NCBI GenBank assembly: GCA_046563655.1
Contig: CM102289.1
Location: forward strand, 4,960,001-5,024,000
Direction of reading: 5' to 3'
DNA: 64,000 bases
From: Yuukianura sp. NJ FZ-2021
Taxonomy: Eukaryota
This document shows positions 60,366 to 64,000 of the stretch, in pieces. The position numbers were made by a program, and so were the translations under genes. The stretch's first letter is position 1. Every line of letters starts with the position of its first letter. The notes beneath the pieces were generated by a model. That model had not been told where the DNA came from, made no database searches, and saw nothing but the letters and a program-made list of their open reading frames with translations.

Positions 60366-63300
60366 GTTAGCACAAATTTTGAAAACTTTTGGTTTAATTT
60401 TCAAATTTTGTATGCTTGTTTTCTGTGCAATTAGTCAAAATTTTGTAATTAAATACAACTTTTCAAAAGTTACATTAGCTAGAAAGAATTGACAAGCAAT
60501 TGACTATAAAGGTGTATTTGGGCGTGGTTTAATTTTTGAAGATTTTCTAATGATTCGATGCAGAAAAAAATTCTTGGCGATTCTGTGAAAGAGCAATTAC
60601 TAACTTACTTAACCCCTTTCGACGTTTTAACACAAAAAATCATGACACGATTGTTTTGACTTTTTTATAAATGTGAAATTTTAAAAAGTTTTGTAACTTG
60701 AGAAATTGAAATTGTTGGAAGGTGTAAAAGCAAGAGTTAATTGAGCACCCATTGTCACCCAGTCACGAAACTACTAATGATGCTCCATTCATTGTCCAAA
60801 TTACTCTGTCCAACTGATCCTCTCTCTTTCTGATCAAATTTCACCTTGGAAAATCTTAGCACCTTCAAGGTCACTATTTTCATTTCTCAGAAAGACATTT
60901 ATTGCAACTTAGATTAGTAAGATCATGCTCAATTTTTACATTAGTGACACAATTCATGCGCAATTCCAAGAACAAAAATGTGCGGAAGAGTTTGACGACA
61001 TTGGCCTTGAGCCGCTTACCCCCTGCACTGGGATCTTGGGAACTGTGACAATGGATTTAAGGGATTCTGTGTGGTTGGTGAGGGTGCGATGGGGGCGGGG
61101 TGAAATGTTCTTTGGCCACATGATTAATATTCATGCAAATAGGGATGAATGGGGGTGGGGAGAATGAAGTGTTGTGTCACAGATAACTTGAATGGGGGAG
61201 GGGGATGAAATGGAGGCACAAATGTATTTTAGAACTTTTTCTAGTTTCATCCCCCTCTCCTCCTCTCTTCTCTCCCTGATTTTGGAGTGATTACAGGGAT
61301 GAAGAGGGTGAGTTTTTTGGAGACAGGAAAACAATCCAGAAGCAGAGCATATAACAGTTCCATAGTTCCAAGTGTCACAGTGTCACGTTTTAGATTTTAC
61401 CCGGGTATCGGCTTCCCACCCACAGCAACGTGTGCCAAACCCCTCCCCCACAAACTTAGCGGGAAGCTTAGAATTGCACTTTCTTTATCTCCAAAAACAA
61501 TTTTTAAAGTTCAAACCAACTTTTGCTGAAAAAAGTTTTAAAAAAGTTGCGTAGAATTTAAATTTTTAACAAGAAATTGAATCTGAGAAGTCGAATTTGC
61601 GTTTCCCTAAAGTTACGGTGGGGTTACCACCCTACTGGGGTGACACAAGGCGACTGGCATGGTGGTTATGTTGCGATAGAAATCTCACCATTGTTTCCCT
61701 CCGCTTCTTTGTGGCTTTTTATTATTGGTTTTGCGGGATAAATGTGACGCGGGACTTTTTTGAATCCATTGTTTTCCTCTTTTTTCATTTCCTGGTTCAA
61801 ACTAAGGGCTCCTCGTCCTTCGTAATACAAAACGCCAAGGGTCCGCTGCTCCAACAATTATTTTGTCCAGTTCTGCAGGGGTCACTGCCTTGCCCTTCTG
61901 TGGCCACGAAGGTGACATGCTCCCTCCTAAAAATCAAAGGACCCACATCGGCTGAGGGGAGAGAGCCCTTTGAAAGATGAAAAAATGTAATAAGGCCCTT
62001 GGACTCTGATTTTATTCAGGCTGTCAGCCTCCGATGAGGGTTTGGGATGATGATGAAGGGTGAGTCAGTGGTGCGTTCATGGGGACAGAGAGATTAGGAT
62101 GCCCAACTCTGCATTAGATTATGGGAGATGCCCAAGTCTGTTAAGCCTCCTTAAATAAATGCTTAGAGAACCCAAATCCTCTAAAATAATTAAACACTCT
62201 CCGAACTCTCTGGAGTTTTTAAAAATCCTAATTTAAAAAAATTTACTCCACTACTGCACCCGGGATTAGTTCGATACGCTTATAAGAATTTTGAGTTGAG
62301 AAAGGTTATGACCGCATCGAATTTTTAAATTGTAAAAAAACTTTTTAGGAAGCTTTTTGAATAAGTTTTAAAAAAAGCAGAACAAGGGTCATGACTTTTC
62401 CTTTTTCCAACACTTGGACAATTATGCACGGTTGCGCTTTGAAGAGATTTTGAAACGAATGTTACGCTGCACTTGAGCTGCTGATCCCTTCGAAAAGTCC
62501 CTTGCTTCCTTTTGTTAAGTAGCAAAAGCTACTTTATGTATCGACCTTGTCCGTCTGTACGTTTCTTCGTAGTGACGAAAACCCGGAAACGACTCAACGT
62601 TTTTGGAATAAGATTTCGTATTTGAAATAGGCGACTCTTGAATATTATTTACTACAGTGAGACAAGTCATTGCGGGTCAAAGGTCAAGCAAATTAGTTTG
62701 ATCCTTGGTAACGTAAAAATTGACATATACGAACGTACATCTCTTCCTGTGGAACACGTTTTGTGTGTTACAAAATTTTATGCATCTTTCGTTACTTATT
62801 TACATCCCGGCTACCACCGGTTTATTATTGTTTTAAGGGTCCATGGATTTGGTGTAACCGGACCCCTTTTCCTAACCTGTTTCTCACGCACTTTCTTCGT
62901 TTCTTCCAACTTTTCAAGGAAGTTTCTAAGTCTCTTCTCAATTAGTCATGTTTGTGAGGGGGCCCTTCAAACCTCATTTTCCTCAGTTGTAACCTAAACC
63001 TTTTTAAGAACAAGTTGAACAGTAGTTTTGAGGAAGCAGAGTTTAAACTTTATGGTTTTGTTCTACGTGTAATTACATGGAAGGGACTTCAAGGGCCTCC
63101 CCTTGTGGTTTACAAAAGTTACCAACTTAGAGTTGGAAGGCAGAGAAACAATAACTACTAATAATCCTAAATGTCACTTTTGGGATTTGGAGGGCCCTTA
63201 AATCTGGGTGCGGCAGAACAGTTTCGGGTGTGGGGAGAGTTTTTATTTAAAGCAAAACTTTTTCAATTCTGAATGTAACGCTTTATGTATAAACATAATT

Positions 63301-64000
63301 TAGAATCTTTTTGAAAAGTTGAAACCCTTTACCACCTTGGGGTCAAGGGTCGATTTTAGGGACGCACCCTAACATGCTCCACAATGACTGTGCGTAAAGG
63401 GGTCCCTTGAATTTCTTTGTCAAACCATGGAACAGAGATCTAGACAGTTCAAGGGCTCCGTTTTTAGTCATCAAGGGCCCATGAAGAGCCGATCTAAACA
63501 TGTGAGAAGCCTCTTTTCCAACACTTGTGGCGATGCAATAATGATCATCTCCTGCGGTATACGGAATGAGTTGACGCTTTTTCATTTTTTAAATTTCCCT
63601 CTGATTTGGTCCTATTGTGTAACAGAGTGAAACTGCTTTCGAAGCCTTAAGGGCCCTCCGGCCCCCACTTTGGATTCAAAGTCTGGAGCCCTTAACACCC
63701 TCGGAAGTGGGCAAGTGAGTGACATCCGTCACCTCCATGAGCCGAGAGTGTTTGCGCATGCGGTGACGCAAAGCCCTTGAGTGACATAATATTTGAAGAT
63801 GAGCTTAAACCTCTTCTGTTTTGTTACACAAGTTGCTCAAATCCGTAGTCCAAACAATGGGTGCCAAATCTCAAAATCCGGGAAAATTCAAATCGGTTTG
63901 GCCTCAAAATATGTTGCGTAGAAGAATTGGGTTATTGTTGCGGAAACAACACTCATGCAAATGTATAGAAAGTGACTGAGGCAACAAAATTTTAATTGCA

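Noticed and set aside
60366..64000. Search for the terminal svp exon (DACGL...AF-2) and for conserved miRNA hairpins
   Set aside because: No matching exon was seen before the window end, and I recognised no conserved arthropod miRNA sequence by eye anywhere in the window.

Overview
AT-rich eukaryotic genomic DNA with GT-AG introns, probably from an arthropod (dispersed TTAGG runs and a seven-up-type receptor; species not determinable). The first 6 kb is a compact gene cluster with introns of about 45-155 nt. It holds the 3' end of a TANGO1/MIA3-cTAGE5-like gene (+), an RluA-family RPUSD3/4-like pseudouridine synthase (+), RSL24D1/RLP24 (-), an orphan hydrophobic membrane-protein gene (+) and an isolated, frameshifted sulfotransferase last exon (-). 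Next come an apparently intact tRNA-Gly(TCC) gene with a 10-nt intron at the canonical 37/38 site (9676-9757, -) and an SLC35G/EamA transporter (13244-15035, +). About 32 kb with no recognisable genes then precedes seven-up/COUP-TF (NR2F), of which four coding exons lie in the window; the last exon is not found and presumably lies beyond 64000. Most notable are: (1) the intron-containing Gly tRNA; (2) strong enrichment of paired RGGTCA nuclear-receptor elements across the svp domain (six perfect DR1, a perfect IR1, several DR2/3/5/6), suggesting a large auto-/hormone-regulatory landscape; (3) a ~190-codon ATG-free, His-rich open frame fused upstream of the conserved svp start; and (4) a recurrent unexplained AAGGGCTCC / CCCTTAAGGG motif. 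All calls come from reading the sequence by eye; no searches were run.
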